DNA of 64,000 bases from Fidelibacterota bacterium MT.SAG.3 (GTDB lineage Bacteria > Fidelibacterota > SORT01). Every line of letters starts with the position of its first letter. Positions within the stretch are counted from its first letter, which is position 1. Position numbers and translations under genes: made by a program. Shown here piece by piece: positions 21,444-32,469 of the stretch. The stretch is from NCBI GenBank assembly GCA_004402895.1, contig SORT01000003.1:1009-65008 (forward strand). The letters run 5' to 3'. Under the pieces are notes generated by a model. It saw only the letters and a list, made by a program, of their open reading frames with translations, was not told where the DNA came from and made no database searches.

Positions 21444-22823
21444 CTACTGAAACTCCTTTCCCAATAGTACTGCTAATATAATAATTCCAACAGCAACCGG
21501 GGCAAAGTATTTTATGAGCACATCCCATACACTATATTTAAAATATGTTTTCCCACCGGTGGAGAGTTCTTCTTCCTTTAATGATTTGGTAAGTATCCAG
21601 CCTGTAAATATTGCTATGAATAATCCTCCAATAGGCAATAGATAGTTCGAGGCGAGATAATCAAACGTATTGAAAAAACCTGCTGTTGTTGGCCTGCCCC
21701 AAAAATTGAAATTAGACAACCAGCCCACAGCGCCATTGGACAGCGCCGATAATGTTCCAAACAAAAATATGGCGCTGCCTGTGATCAGGGTAGATTTTTT
21801 CCTATTCCATTTCAGTTCATCTATAAAGTAGGACGCTACCACTTCCAATAGTGAGATTGCAGATGTTAATGCAGCAAATGCTACCAGGGTGAAAAACAAG
21901 ATCGAGAAATAATAGCCTCCCGGCATTTGCATAAAAACAACCGGTAGTGTCGTAAATAATATTCCGGCGCTCTTTGTAGGCTCAAGATCGAAAGTCATGA
22001 CAATCGGGAATATAATCAAGCATGCTAATATTGCGATTACCGTGTCAAGCAGCGAAACGGTAAGCGCTGCATTTGGTATAGACTCGTTTTTATGCATATA
22101 AGAACCATACGTCATCATTGCGCCCATTCCAAGACTGAGTGAGAAAAATGCGTGACCAAGCGCTTCAAGGAATCCGGCTCCGGAGAGTTCTGAAAAATTA
22201 GGTCGGAACAGAAATGTGATCGCCCTTCCTGCTCCTTCCATGCTTAATGAAACCGCTACAAGTATTAGTATTATTATAAACAAGATCGGCATAAGGATTC
22301 GGGCAGAACGCTCTATGCCGCCTTTTACACCGCCTAATACAAGAAACATTGTAATACCCATAAAAAGCGCGTGCCAAAAGACCTGCCTAAACGGGTCAGA
22401 CACAAAATCCACAAATTGCTGTGTAACCTGATCGGGTGATTTATCTATGAAAGCGCCGGTAACAGATTTTACGACATATTCGAGAGTCCAGCCGGCAACC
22501 ACACTATAATACGAGAGTATTATAAAGCCGGTTGTAACGCCTAACCAGCCGAGCCATGACCATCTTTTACCGCCTAACTTTGTCATCGCTCCAACCGGGC
22601 TTAGTTGAGTTCTTCTGCCGATAATGATCTCCGCGATCATAATAGGTACACCGATGGCAAGAATCGCCATGAGATAAGTCAGAACAAACGCGCCGCCGTC
22701 ATTCGTATAGGTCATATATGGGAACTTCCACAAATTTCCCAAACCGATAGCCGAACCTGCCGCCGCAAGTATAAAACCAATCTTGGATCCCCATTTCTCC
22801 CTACCATTCTCGGTTGAATTCAT
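21444..22823 (-). CDS. sodium-dependent transporter, neurotransmitter:sodium symporter (NSS/SNF) family
   Basis: 459 aa. N-terminal REKWGSKIGFILAAAGSAIGLGNLWKFPY is the NSS TM1 signature. Confidence 0.85.
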   Translation of the reverse strand: MNSTENGREKWGSKIGFILAAAGSAIGLGNLWKFPYMTYTNDGGAFVLTYLMAILAIGVPIMIAEIIIGRRTQLSPVGAMTKLGGKRWSWLGWLGVTTGFIILSYYSVVAGWTLEYVVKSVTGAFIDKSPDQVTQQFVDFVSDPFRQVFWHALFMGITMFLVLGGVKGGIERSARILMPILFIIILILVAVSLSMEGAGRAITFLFRPNFSELSGAGFLEALGHAFFSLSLGMGAMMTYGSYMHKNESIPNAALTVSLLDTVIAILACLIIFPIVMTFDLEPTKSAGILFTTLPVVFMQMPGGYYFSILFFTLVAFAALTSAISLLEVVASYFIDELKWNRKKSTLITGSAIFLFGTLSALSNGAVGWLSNFNFWGRPTTAGFFNTFDYLASNYLLPIGGLFIAIFTGWILTKSLKEEELSTGGKTYFKYSVWDVLIKYFAPVAVGIIILAVLLGKEFQ

Positions 22824-22837
22824 TACCCTTCCTTTAG

Positions 22838-23332
22838 TTAAAATGTGAAGTTTAACTGCATTTGTAGCGAACCTGATCTATCAACAGTTCTTAATCTGAC
22901 CGACAGTTTTTTGTCGTCGTAGAGTCCGTATAAATGGGCATCCACAAATGCGTCACCCAATGCCAACAAATAACCGGCGCCAAGCAGCCAGAGCCAGCCA
23001 TTTCGTTCATGTTCTTTATCTTCAATAGTCAATTCGTCTTCGCCGTCATCTACCAATTTTTTTATTTTGTCATCTAATGAGATATATCTTGAAGCAAAAT
23101 ACAACTCCCCTCCTAAATAAACGAGAGCTTTAGTGTATTTTTTATTGTATACCTGGCCCCAACCGGGAAAAATTGCAGAACGGATCATCGCACCCTTCGG
23201 AGATTTGGATTTTATCGGTGTTACCTCGTTCTCTAATGATAGCTTGAACTTCAATTTCTCAAAGTGTTGAGCCATAGCGGAAGACGGAATTAAAAAAATA
23301 AAACTCAGTAAGAGTAAATAAGGAAATCTCAT
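22838..23332 (-). CDS. DUF5683-like secreted/membrane protein
   Basis: 164 aa with a signal peptide. AIFPGWGQVYNKKYTKA resembles the PG(L/W)GQ.YN motif of Bacteroidota DUF5683. Confidence 0.45.
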   Translation of the reverse strand: MRFPYLLLLSFIFLIPSSAMAQHFEKLKFKLSLENEVTPIKSKSPKGAMIRSAIFPGWGQVYNKKYTKALVYLGGELYFASRYISLDDKIKKLVDDGEDELTIEDKEHERNGWLWLLGAGYLLALGDAFVDAHLYGLYDDKKLSVRLRTVDRSGSLQMQLNFTF

Positions 23333-24210
23333 TACGAGGAAATCCCTGCGACTTTCAAAGAGGATTTAAGAATTGAAGCTTCTACTTTATGTAAGACAAG
23401 TGATATTACCTCACCATCCACATGAACCGGCATCGGATATTCACTCTCAATAAGTATCGAATTTCCTTTGATAGTTTCTACTTCTTTTAATTTATTAAGA
23501 TTCCCTGTTAACGCCTTGTTCAGGTTAAGAAATAATTTGGTGTAACCGGTATGTCGAATGATCGTCACGTCGAATAGACCATCATCGTTTTTAGCATCCG
23601 GAGCCATAATAAAACCGCCGCCTTCGCTTTTTGAGTTACATATAGAAACCATAAAGATATCATCCTCAATTAACCGGCCATTAATGCTTATTTTTAGTGG
23701 GATAGATTTATACCTTACAGCCGTTTTTACCACGCTCCAAATATAAACAGACATTCCCTTTAGATATTTGACGCTCTTCGCAACTTCACTAACTATTCCG
23801 TTAAAACCAATCCCCGCCGTATTTAAACTTACTCTGTCATTTACCTTTATAACATCTATCAGGTGAAAGTTATCTGACAAAATAACGCCGACAGCATCGC
23901 TGATTTTCGAGGGGATTCCATTTTCCTTCGCAAAATCGTTCCCGGAACCAAGCGGAATTACTCCGAAAATTACATCACTGCCTACCAATCCTTCGCCTAC
24001 CTCATTTACCGTACCATCTCCACCAACCGCAATCACTTTCTGAAATTCTGTAGATGCTTTTCTTGAAATTTCCACAGCATGACGTAGCTTGGTAGAATAT
24101 TCATAATCAAAATCAATCCCTCGCTTCTCAAACTCGGATATAACTCTCTTACTCAACTTTGATGTTTTCCCCCTTCCGGCTGCAGGATTAATTATTAATT
24201 TTATACTCAA
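23332..24210 (-). CDS. diacylglycerol-kinase-family lipid kinase (YegS-like)
   Basis: 292 aa. IINPAAGRGK and AVGGDGTVNEV are DAGK catalytic-domain motifs. Confidence 0.8.
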   Translation of the reverse strand: MSIKLIINPAAGRGKTSKLSKRVISEFEKRGIDFDYEYSTKLRHAVEISRKASTEFQKVIAVGGDGTVNEVGEGLVGSDVIFGVIPLGSGNDFAKENGIPSKISDAVGVILSDNFHLIDVIKVNDRVSLNTAGIGFNGIVSEVAKSVKYLKGMSVYIWSVVKTAVRYKSIPLKISINGRLIEDDIFMVSICNSKSEGGGFIMAPDAKNDDGLFDVTIIRHTGYTKLFLNLNKALTGNLNKLKEVETIKGNSILIESEYPMPVHVDGEVISLVLHKVEASILKSSLKVAGISS

Positions 24211-24219
24211 TAAAGATCC

Positions 24220-24603
24220 CTACCCGATCTCGGCAATACATTCTATCTCGATGTCAGCACCGAGTGGTAACTTTGATACTTGCATCGCAGCTCTTGCTGG
24301 AGGGTCAGAAGCGAAAAATTCAGAATATACTTCATTCACTTCTGCGAAATTCGATAAGTCGGTCAAAAAAACAGTTGTCTTTACGACATTATTCATATCT
24401 GTTCCAGCCGCTTCAACTATATTTTTTATATTATTCAACACCTGTCTCGCTCTTTCCTTAAAAGTTCCCTGAACTAATTCGCCATTATCAGGGTCTATCG
24501 GTATTTGACCGGAGACGAAGAGAAGATTTCCGGTTTTGACAGCCTGACTATAAGCGCCTACCGGCTGAGGAGAATCAGTTGTATGAACTATTTGTTTGGT
24601 CAT
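24220..24603 (-). CDS. ridA: RidA/YjgF-family reactive-intermediate deaminase
   Basis: 127 aa with the typical RidA length and motifs (PARAAMQVSKLPLGADIEIECIA). Confidence 0.85.
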   Translation of the reverse strand: MTKQIVHTTDSPQPVGAYSQAVKTGNLLFVSGQIPIDPDNGELVQGTFKERARQVLNNIKNIVEAAGTDMNNVVKTTVFLTDLSNFAEVNEVYSEFFASDPPARAAMQVSKLPLGADIEIECIAEIG

Positions 24604-24955
24604 TTATTTATCCGTTAGTTTTCTTAATAAGATGAATATTTATTTGGTTTGAGAAACTTAGAAATACTTTTTTCAATAGATATATGATAGATTAGGTATT
24701 GGTCGAATTAAAAGATATGGACATCGCTATCATGATATATCCCATCTTGCCTGTTAATAATAATGGTCGGTTAGTCTTACCTGTTACAATATAGTAGAAT
24801 TTTATATCATCTATTATATAATGTCAAATTCTTTTTACTACCCGCTCATTTTAATATTACTATTAAAACCTGATTTGGTGATAACACAACCTTGAAGTAT
24901 CACTTCTCCAATGATATATTTAATTAACTATGGGAAGACACAATAACATGACGCC

Positions 24956-27892
24956 ATGAAGAATCGAAAATCACGTATTACTGTATTTGCTGACCGAGAA
25001 GCAGCTGATATAAATCTATTGAAAATATCAAAAATTCTCGAGATGTCAGTTGATGATATTGAGAATATTTTCTCTGATAATGCGGACGCCGATCAGGCGC
25101 TGAACTTTCTTGAACGCTATATAAAAAGATACGTAAACGAATTTGACGGCAAGAAATTATCGTCTATCCCGCATCTTCTTGATTTGGTCAGACTTTTCGG
25201 TCAGAGTGAATATTATGCCGGCGTTCTGCTTCGCAGGGAGGGTATTCATAGACGATTATTTTCTGAAAACGGTATCGGGACCACCTTGTCCATCCGCACT
25301 GAGGATGAATATTTCAGTCCGGCTCCAGACAACGGCTTAAAGAACACTTTGCATAATCTGAGATTATATAAGGAAAAAATCTTCTTTGAAATAGGTTATC
25401 GAAACATCATCAGGAAGGTAAGCCTTGAAGACACTGTTCGAGACCTATCGTTATTAGCTGATTTTGTAATTCAAAATATTCTTACTCTTTCAAAACTGTC
25501 TTTAAAAGAAAAATATGATATTGAGGATGACAGCTTCTGCATTTTAAGCGTTGGGAAGCTCGGCGGTAGGGAATTGAATTACAGTTCTGATATTGATCTT
25601 CTTTATGTGTATAATGATATTCACACAACTGATAACCTACGAATCAGACAGGATTCTTTTTCTTATTACTCAGATTTAGCAGGGAAAATCACTAAGACAT
25701 TGAGCGATAACGACGATCTGCTACAGATGTATCGGGTAGATCTGCGCTTGCGTCCGGATGGTGAAGCGGGTCCCATAGTTAGAGACGTAGCGGGATATAT
25801 ACGGTACTATGAACGAAGTGGTCAGACTTGGGAACGACAAATGCTGATTAAAGCGCGGGTCAGCGCGGGTGATTCCGGCACAGGCAGCGCATTCTTAGAA
25901 AGAATTAGACCTTGGGTATATTCTCAGGTGCATGATATTTCATATATTAAGGAGATTTATCATGTCAAAATGCTGAGTGAACAAAAATATCTCGATATCT
26001 CTAATATTAAACTAAGCCCGGGTAGTATTCGGGACATAGAAACAATATGCCAGACTCTTCAACATTTGTACGGAGGCGGAGACTCCAGATTAAGAGGATT
26101 GGGTACTTTAGAATCTATTAAGCTCCTCACTGTAAATGGTAATCTTTCAAAAATTGAATCGAATTCTCTGATAGAAGCATACACGTTCTATCGAAATGTC
26201 GAACACGCCCTTCAGTATCCTCTGAACGTGCAAAATCATACCCTGCCTCTAAATGAATCCAAATTAAAAATTCTTGCTCGAAGATTGAATTTTGATGAGT
26301 ATAAAAATTTTAAGAAAGAGCTTGAAAAGCATCGTAAGACGATCAGAAATATTTTTGAGGATCTCTTCAGAAGTGAAATGAAAGATATAAAAACCGACCT
26401 GATATTTGACTCTAATTGTGAGGTTGAAGACAAATTACAAGTGATAAACGATTTGGGTTTCAATGAGTTAGAAAGTTCACTTAAGAATATTCAATATTTA
26501 TACGAAGGGCATCCTCCCAACAAATTCAAAGCAACGACAAAGTCGAAATTTATGAATGTCTGGAATTTGTTATATCATGGTATTAGTAAAACTGCCGATA
26601 TGGATATTTCATTGAATAATTTGGAAAAAATTATCCGTTCTTACAATTCTCCTGCTATTGTCTATGACTTATTTGCCCAACAACCGGATTTTCTTAAACT
26701 GTTGATGCTGTTAGCCGGTAATTCTACAAAAATGGCAGACCTTCTGTCAAGTCATCCTGAGCTATTTGATATGATCATTCAACCGTCAGGTGATTCAGAT
26801 ATAGATTCTCTTAGAAATGACTTTAACTCTATCCTTATATCTGCTGATAACTCAGAAGGAATCAATAAAAATGAATATCTATTCGTTCAAAAGAGAATAA
26901 TGAGTATATATCTATGGCACTTCCTCGGCAATAAACCGATTTCACATGTAGAAAGTTTATTGACCGATACTGCCGACATTGTTGTTAAAGAGATAGTTGA
27001 ACAACTATACTCTACCAATGGATTAAATCTACCCATAACGCTGTTCGCTTTAGGTAAATTCGGAGGTCGCGAAATGGGATTCGGCAGCGATGTTGATTTA
27101 CTATTCTTGCTGACTCCGACATCAAGTAACGAATTCAATTCAAAAGATATAGCTACAGCGTCCAAATTTATTCAGTTGTTCAACAGAAGAATATCCGATA
27201 GAAAAAGTTCGATACCATTGTATATCACCGATTATAAAATTCGTCCGGAAGGGAAAAATTCGCCGTTAATTACTACTTTAGATGAATTCAGTGAATACCT
27301 GATAAATAGAGCTTTACAGTGGGAAATAACCGCGTTAACGAAGCTGCGGACGATTTGGAATAGTCCAAATTCAATTCCGAATGTTGAGAACGATATCAGG
27401 GATCTGATTTTTAACAAAAGTATTAAAAAAGACGAATTGAATGATTTCAATAGGGTGAAGGAAAAAGCGCGAAAAGAGAAACTCACTTCTGATGCTTTCA
27501 ATTTAAAGTGGTCGGAAGGCGGTGAATCAGACATCGAGCATCTGTGTCAACTATATCAGTTACGGTTTTCAAGTGATATAAGCTCGCTGAAGGATAAACG
27601 TTCAACATTATCAATTTTAAACTTGCTATACGAAAATGATCATCTCAGTTCATCAGAAATGAAAATATTGACCGAGTCGTATAATTTTTACAGGAGGCTC
27701 GAACAACATCTCTTTATGTCAATAAACATCGACAACTATTCATTACCTGAAGATCAGGCTAAGAAAGACTATTTAGCAAAAATAATGGGAAAGAACAGCT
27801 GTAAAGAGTTTGAGGATCTGATTCAGAGCCTGAATGATTCAGTGAAATCGACCATAAACGATTTATATTCTAAACTTGAACAGTCGTTCTGA
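24956..27892 (+). CDS. glnE: bifunctional glutamine synthetase adenylyltransferase/adenylyl-removing enzyme
   Basis: 978 aa with two nucleotidyltransferase cores (GKLGGRELNYSSDIDLLYVY and GKFGGREMGFGSDVDLLFL), each followed by a GlnE-type helical domain. Confidence 0.75.
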   Translation: MKNRKSRITVFADREAADINLLKISKILEMSVDDIENIFSDNADADQALNFLERYIKRYVNEFDGKKLSSIPHLLDLVRLFGQSEYYAGVLLRREGIHRRLFSENGIGTTLSIRTEDEYFSPAPDNGLKNTLHNLRLYKEKIFFEIGYRNIIRKVSLEDTVRDLSLLADFVIQNILTLSKLSLKEKYDIEDDSFCILSVGKLGGRELNYSSDIDLLYVYNDIHTTDNLRIRQDSFSYYSDLAGKITKTLSDNDDLLQMYRVDLRLRPDGEAGPIVRDVAGYIRYYERSGQTWERQMLIKARVSAGDSGTGSAFLERIRPWVYSQVHDISYIKEIYHVKMLSEQKYLDISNIKLSPGSIRDIETICQTLQHLYGGGDSRLRGLGTLESIKLLTVNGNLSKIESNSLIEAYTFYRNVEHALQYPLNVQNHTLPLNESKLKILARRLNFDEYKNFKKELEKHRKTIRNIFEDLFRSEMKDIKTDLIFDSNCEVEDKLQVINDLGFNELESSLKNIQYLYEGHPPNKFKATTKSKFMNVWNLLYHGISKTADMDISLNNLEKIIRSYNSPAIVYDLFAQQPDFLKLLMLLAGNSTKMADLLSSHPELFDMIIQPSGDSDIDSLRNDFNSILISADNSEGINKNEYLFVQKRIMSIYLWHFLGNKPISHVESLLTDTADIVVKEIVEQLYSTNGLNLPITLFALGKFGGREMGFGSDVDLLFLLTPTSSNEFNSKDIATASKFIQLFNRRISDRKSSIPLYITDYKIRPEGKNSPLITTLDEFSEYLINRALQWEITALTKLRTIWNSPNSIPNVENDIRDLIFNKSIKKDELNDFNRVKEKARKEKLTSDAFNLKWSEGGESDIEHLCQLYQLRFSSDISSLKDKRSTLSILNLLYENDHLSSSEMKILTESYNFYRRLEQHLFMSINIDNYSLPEDQAKKDYLAKIMGKNSCKEFEDLIQSLNDSVKSTINDLYSKLEQSF

Positions 27893-30488
27893 AAAGAGAG
27901 CTTTTAGCCTCATTGATAATTGAATTCTTAACATCTTCCTTAGTTATATTTATACCGATCTTCTTCTTTAAATTGTCCAATACATAAAAAGAATCTATTA
28001 AACCATCTTCTTTGGTTGAAATCTTTGCGGAATAGATCACAACATTACATTTTGACAGCGCTCGTGTAATCGAATGTAACAATCCAAGCATATCACTCCC
28101 CGTGATATCAATAATAGAAAAATCCTTTGATTCATCAAATTCAATGCGAATCGGAATTTCCAATGCAGACTTATACGTCCATTTCCACCTACGTTTATGA
28201 CGCTCAATTAAATCTTTTATTTCAATCTCGTTTTTTAGAATTTTTAAGAGGTCATTATTCAATTCTTTAATAGTTTCCGGCGATAGAGGTTTCCTTTCTT
28301 TTGAACTTACTACATGGAAGCTATCGATTGCTATACCGTCTGTTCGAGTATAAATTTTTGCCTCAAATATACTTATATTATTGACGGCGAATACGGCACA
28401 GATATCCGACATTAAATACTTCCTGTCTCCTGTCAGTATCGTAACTTCGCTAAAGTTGAAGTAGCTTCTGCACTTTACCGATACAATTTCCGTTATTAAA
28501 TTTTCCGCGTCAGAAATATGATCGGAAATTTGACGACTATCGAATTCATGCTGGTAGGAGATCGGGAGCATTGCTAAAGTTGACTTCACCACTTTTTCAC
28601 TATGTTTTTTCCTAAGATCATTGACTAAATTAGTATTCTCAATTTGCATATCTTTTTTAAAATAACCATTCAAATAATCCGACGCTTTTCTATATAGATT
28701 ACTGAGTAGTGTTCTTTTCCATTCTGACCATACGGTAGGATTCACGGCGTAAAGGTCGGCATATGTAAGTAGATAGAGACAGTTAAGCGTTTCCTTATCT
28801 TTTATTTTCATGCAAAATAATTCAATAGTCTCCAATAGTGAGATATCTCTCCTGAAAGCGGTCTGTTCCATCACAAGATGATTTGAAATCAGTCTTTCGA
28901 TCAAATCAATATTTCCGTCGTAACCTAAATTCTTTAGTATTCGGCGCGCATCTTCCGCTCCGGCAGCTACATGTTCACCTTCCGTGATCTCTCGAGGCTT
29001 CGATATATCGTGAAAGAGCAATGCCAACATCAGTTCGTTCTTGTTTTCCAAGTCGCGCAGCACCTCCTGTAGCTCGCCGATACCTTCGGAAGAATCCAAT
29101 TTCTCTATGACTTCCAAAGCCCTCATAGTATGCTCATCAGTTGTGTAATAGTGATACCTGCTTTTCGGAGCATGACAATACATATCGTCCAACTCAGGTA
29201 TAATGATTTTCAATATACCTGTTTCAAAAAGTTGCCTGAGAGTTTGAGCTAAATTTACGGGATCATCGAAAAGTTCGAAAAACAGTTTGCCGATTTTTTT
29301 CCTATCATTTGATGGCAACTCAAAATCTAAATAATGCTTATCTATTTGATAGAGCAACAGAGAAGATATTCGGCAGTTATTCTCTTTAGAATATCGAAAC
29401 AGTTCCATGATATTGGTCAAATTATAATCTACTTTTTCAACTAAAGAAGCATCTACATAGAGCCGGCTTCCATCTGAGTAAATTCCCGGTTGCAGCATCT
29501 CAGGTTCAACGTTCGCTCGACTTAGCGTCAGAACCAAATCTCCTAATACTTCCTCGGAGTGTTGTAATGCGCGGGATATATTTCTTACCGATCGGTAATA
29601 ATTTCGCAGAAAGGACGATACACTTTCTCCATTTTTATTCATTATTAAATTTTTTGCAACATCGTCTCGAATATCGAATGTCAGAAAATCATTTTTTTCT
29701 TTTCTCAGATAATGTATCTCGTGTCGAATTTTTAATATCAGGTCATTTGCGTCTATTATCCTTTTGGTCAAGCCGGGATGCCAATTTTCTTTTTCCGAGA
29801 TCAGATTCAAATAGTTGTCTACCCGCGAATAAACACTTTTGTCTTCAAACGGAATTAAGAGTTTCATGCTCATATTTATCCAGATCAGGGAATGTATGTC
29901 CCTGAGACCACCGGCGCTTTCTTTGATATTAGGTTCGAGCACTCTACTCGTAGAGCCGAATCGTTCATGCCTCCTCTTCGTCTCTTCAAGTTTAGCGTTG
30001 AGTAAATTTTCCAGTCCTGTCGGTAAAATATCCGAGCTAAAAGTTCTGTTCAATCTTTCACCAAAAATTTTATCGGCATATATAACTCGCAGGTCCAAGA
30101 GCGAGGAGAAAAAATCTAAATCTGTATCAGCTTTTGATTTGACTTGATCCAAAGTCAGATAGGTATGCGATAGGGACCATCCTAAGTCCCAAAGTGACCG
30201 AACCATTTCGGAGACTTTGGTTTCATTACTCTCTGCGTTTTCATCGTACACGGTAATCAGATCCAAATCGGAATAGGGAGAGAGTTGACATCTTCCATAT
30301 CCCCCTACCGCGGCTATTACCACTCCGTCTAAATTCAAGTCAGTTATAACAGTGTGGATGCAAGAATCAGCAAGATTCGTCAACCCGATAGATGTATCCC
30401 TTCCGTCACTTCCTTTTCTGTGGTTGGATTTGATTTCCTCCCTTTTCTTTGTTACGGTCTCAGGAGTATATGCTTGAGTTTTATTCAT
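27870..30488 (-). CDS. glnD: [protein-PII] uridylyltransferase/uridylyl-removing enzyme
   Basis: 872 aa. N-terminal NT domain (VGGYGRCQLSPYSDLDLITVY), an HD domain (LLFHDISKP) and two C-terminal ACT domains. The 3' end overlaps glnE by 23 nt, convergent. Confidence 0.8.
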   Translation of the reverse strand: MNKTQAYTPETVTKKREEIKSNHRKGSDGRDTSIGLTNLADSCIHTVITDLNLDGVVIAAVGGYGRCQLSPYSDLDLITVYDENAESNETKVSEMVRSLWDLGWSLSHTYLTLDQVKSKADTDLDFFSSLLDLRVIYADKIFGERLNRTFSSDILPTGLENLLNAKLEETKRRHERFGSTSRVLEPNIKESAGGLRDIHSLIWINMSMKLLIPFEDKSVYSRVDNYLNLISEKENWHPGLTKRIIDANDLILKIRHEIHYLRKEKNDFLTFDIRDDVAKNLIMNKNGESVSSFLRNYYRSVRNISRALQHSEEVLGDLVLTLSRANVEPEMLQPGIYSDGSRLYVDASLVEKVDYNLTNIMELFRYSKENNCRISSLLLYQIDKHYLDFELPSNDRKKIGKLFFELFDDPVNLAQTLRQLFETGILKIIIPELDDMYCHAPKSRYHYYTTDEHTMRALEVIEKLDSSEGIGELQEVLRDLENKNELMLALLFHDISKPREITEGEHVAAGAEDARRILKNLGYDGNIDLIERLISNHLVMEQTAFRRDISLLETIELFCMKIKDKETLNCLYLLTYADLYAVNPTVWSEWKRTLLSNLYRKASDYLNGYFKKDMQIENTNLVNDLRKKHSEKVVKSTLAMLPISYQHEFDSRQISDHISDAENLITEIVSVKCRSYFNFSEVTILTGDRKYLMSDICAVFAVNNISIFEAKIYTRTDGIAIDSFHVVSSKERKPLSPETIKELNNDLLKILKNEIEIKDLIERHKRRWKWTYKSALEIPIRIEFDESKDFSIIDITGSDMLGLLHSITRALSKCNVVIYSAKISTKEDGLIDSFYVLDNLKKKIGINITKEDVKNSIINEAKSSLFRTTVQV

Positions 30489-30497
30489 AACTGTTAG

Positions 30498-30533
30498 ACA
30501 TAAAATATAAACTCTCTACAATTATGTAAAGAG
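30498..30533 (-). terminator. rho-independent terminator candidate downstream of the DUF296 gene
   Basis: Minus-strand RNA has an 8-bp stem CUCUUUAC/GUAGAGAG (one G-U wobble) with a 6-nt loop, then UUUAUAUUUUAUG. Confidence 0.45.
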
Positions 30534-30573
30534 AAAGCGAGGAAACTACATTGTATATTTCACTGTTGGTTTA

Positions 30574-30999
30574 TCAGCGATTAGGCAGATCTAAGAGCGG
30601 TAACGCATCTGCGCAATCAAGCCTGATGACCTTAATTTTGGAATCAAATATTGAAAACTCTCCTGTTGCGGAAATCACTCCCTCAAATAAATGACCGCCA
30701 CGCGTTTCCATGTTCATCTTAGAAATGACCACATGCAAATGCGCTATGGGAATACCACCTTTATAAGCAAGGTTACCAACGCAAGAAAGTAATTCAGCGG
30801 ATTCATCGTAATCCTTCCGTAGATACTCTTTTTCGGAAACTTTATAATATCCTAACGAATATGAAGACAAAGCGCCTATTCCCGTCACACTTCCGCCTTT
30901 TATACCTTTAGAGGTCATAAAGTCGGTGAGGGTTGAATGAATCTCCTCGCCTGTTTCAAGCCGCAGTTGATACCCGTAAGCTGGGGATTGATATTGCAT
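30574..30999 (-). CDS. PPC/DUF296 domain protein
   Basis: 141 aa, typical length and glycine-rich core (GGSVTGIGALS) of DUF296. Abuts the gcvPB stop with a 0-nt gap. Confidence 0.55.
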   Translation of the reverse strand: MQYQSPAYGYQLRLETGEEIHSTLTDFMTSKGIKGGSVTGIGALSSYSLGYYKVSEKEYLRKDYDESAELLSCVGNLAYKGGIPIAHLHVVISKMNMETRGGHLFEGVISATGEFSIFDSKIKVIRLDCADALPLLDLPNR

Positions 31000-32451
31000 T
31001 CAGTTACCCACTTTATCCCATGTAAGTCTTAATTCCCGTACAGCCTTCGCTTCATCCAGTCTTCTAATAGGGGTATTGAACGGAGCATCGGTCAGAAGAG
31101 AAGGATTTTCATTAATTTCATCATCTATCTTTTCAAGTATCGACGAAAAATCCTCCAATGAACTCTTGGATTCAGATTCTGTCGGCTCGATCATCAACGC
31201 TTCTTTAACTATCAATGGAAAATATACCGTCGGCGCGTGCACTCCAAAATCCAGTAGCCGTTTGACTATGTCGCCCGCCTTGGCGCCCCGTTTTTTCTGG
31301 GATTCTGCGCTCACCACAAATTCATGCATACAATTCTGGCCAAATGGAATATCATATCGTTCAGTAACGAGTTTCTTGAGGTAATTCGCATTGATAATTG
31401 CGTTTTTAGAAGCGGCTCTAAATCCATCATAGCCCAATAATCTGATATAAGTATATGCCCTCACAAGTATACCGAAATTACCAAAAAAACCGTGTAACCT
31501 TCCAATCGAATCAGTACTTTCAGAAGTTAAAGTATAACTTTCATCGACCTTCTGCACCCTTGGATAAGGCAGATACTTAGACAATTTTGATATGACACCG
31601 ACAGGACCCGCGCCCGGTCCACCTCCCCCATGTGGAGTACTGAAAGTTTTATGTAGATTAAGATGTGTAATATCAAAACCCATACCGGCCGGTTTCATTA
31701 AAGAGATCAGAGCGTTGAAGTTCGCTCCGTCGAGATAGAGTAAAGCCCCTACATCATGGATCTTCTTTGAAATAGTTGAAATCTCCTCCTCGAACAGACC
31801 CAGAGTATTCGGATTTGTTATCATCATTCCCGCGACTTCTTCATCAAGTTTAGAGGTGAGATCATCGACATCAACCAATCCTCTATCGTTTGATTTGACC
31901 GGAATCGATTCGTAGCCGCTTATTACCACGCTTGCCGGATTGGTGCCATGAGCAGAATCAGGTATCAAAACCTTCTTTCTCGGATTTCCATTTTCTGTAT
32001 GGTATCTCCGCATTATCATAATTCCGGTTAGCTCCCCCTGAGAACCGGCAGCCGGTTGGAGAGTAAAAGAATCCATTCCGGTAAAGTCACACAATGACTT
32101 TTCAAGTTCATACATCAGTTGAAGCGCGCTTTGAATCGTTGATTCATGCTGATGCGGATGTATTCCTGAAAATCCTGGCAGTCGTGATGTTGCTTCATTC
32201 AGCTTCGGATTATATTTCATCGTGCAAGAACCGAGCGGATAAAATCCTTTATCAATATGATGATTGGTAATACTCATGTTGATAAAATGCCTTGCGATCT
32301 CCGGTTCGCTCACTTCAGGAAGAGCCGGTCTTTCGCTTGAAAGATATTTTTCAGGGATCAGAGTCGATAATTTATTTTTTTCCACATCATTAGGAGGCAA
32401 AGAGTATCCTATTCTCCCTGGTACACTCAGTTCATTCAACAATTTTTCCAA
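31000..32451 (-). CDS. gcvPB: glycine dehydrogenase (decarboxylating) subunit 2
   Basis: 483 aa PLP-dependent enzyme. HLNLHKTFSTPHGGGGPGAGP is the GcvPB lysine-PLP region. Confidence 0.9.
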   Translation of the reverse strand: MEKLLNELSVPGRIGYSLPPNDVEKNKLSTLIPEKYLSSERPALPEVSEPEIARHFINMSITNHHIDKGFYPLGSCTMKYNPKLNEATSRLPGFSGIHPHQHESTIQSALQLMYELEKSLCDFTGMDSFTLQPAAGSQGELTGIMIMRRYHTENGNPRKKVLIPDSAHGTNPASVVISGYESIPVKSNDRGLVDVDDLTSKLDEEVAGMMITNPNTLGLFEEEISTISKKIHDVGALLYLDGANFNALISLMKPAGMGFDITHLNLHKTFSTPHGGGGPGAGPVGVISKLSKYLPYPRVQKVDESYTLTSESTDSIGRLHGFFGNFGILVRAYTYIRLLGYDGFRAASKNAIINANYLKKLVTERYDIPFGQNCMHEFVVSAESQKKRGAKAGDIVKRLLDFGVHAPTVYFPLIVKEALMIEPTESESKSSLEDFSSILEKIDDEINENPSLLTDAPFNTPIRRLDEAKAVRELRLTWDKVGN

Positions 32452-32469
32452 ATACGGTGATCCTTATAT

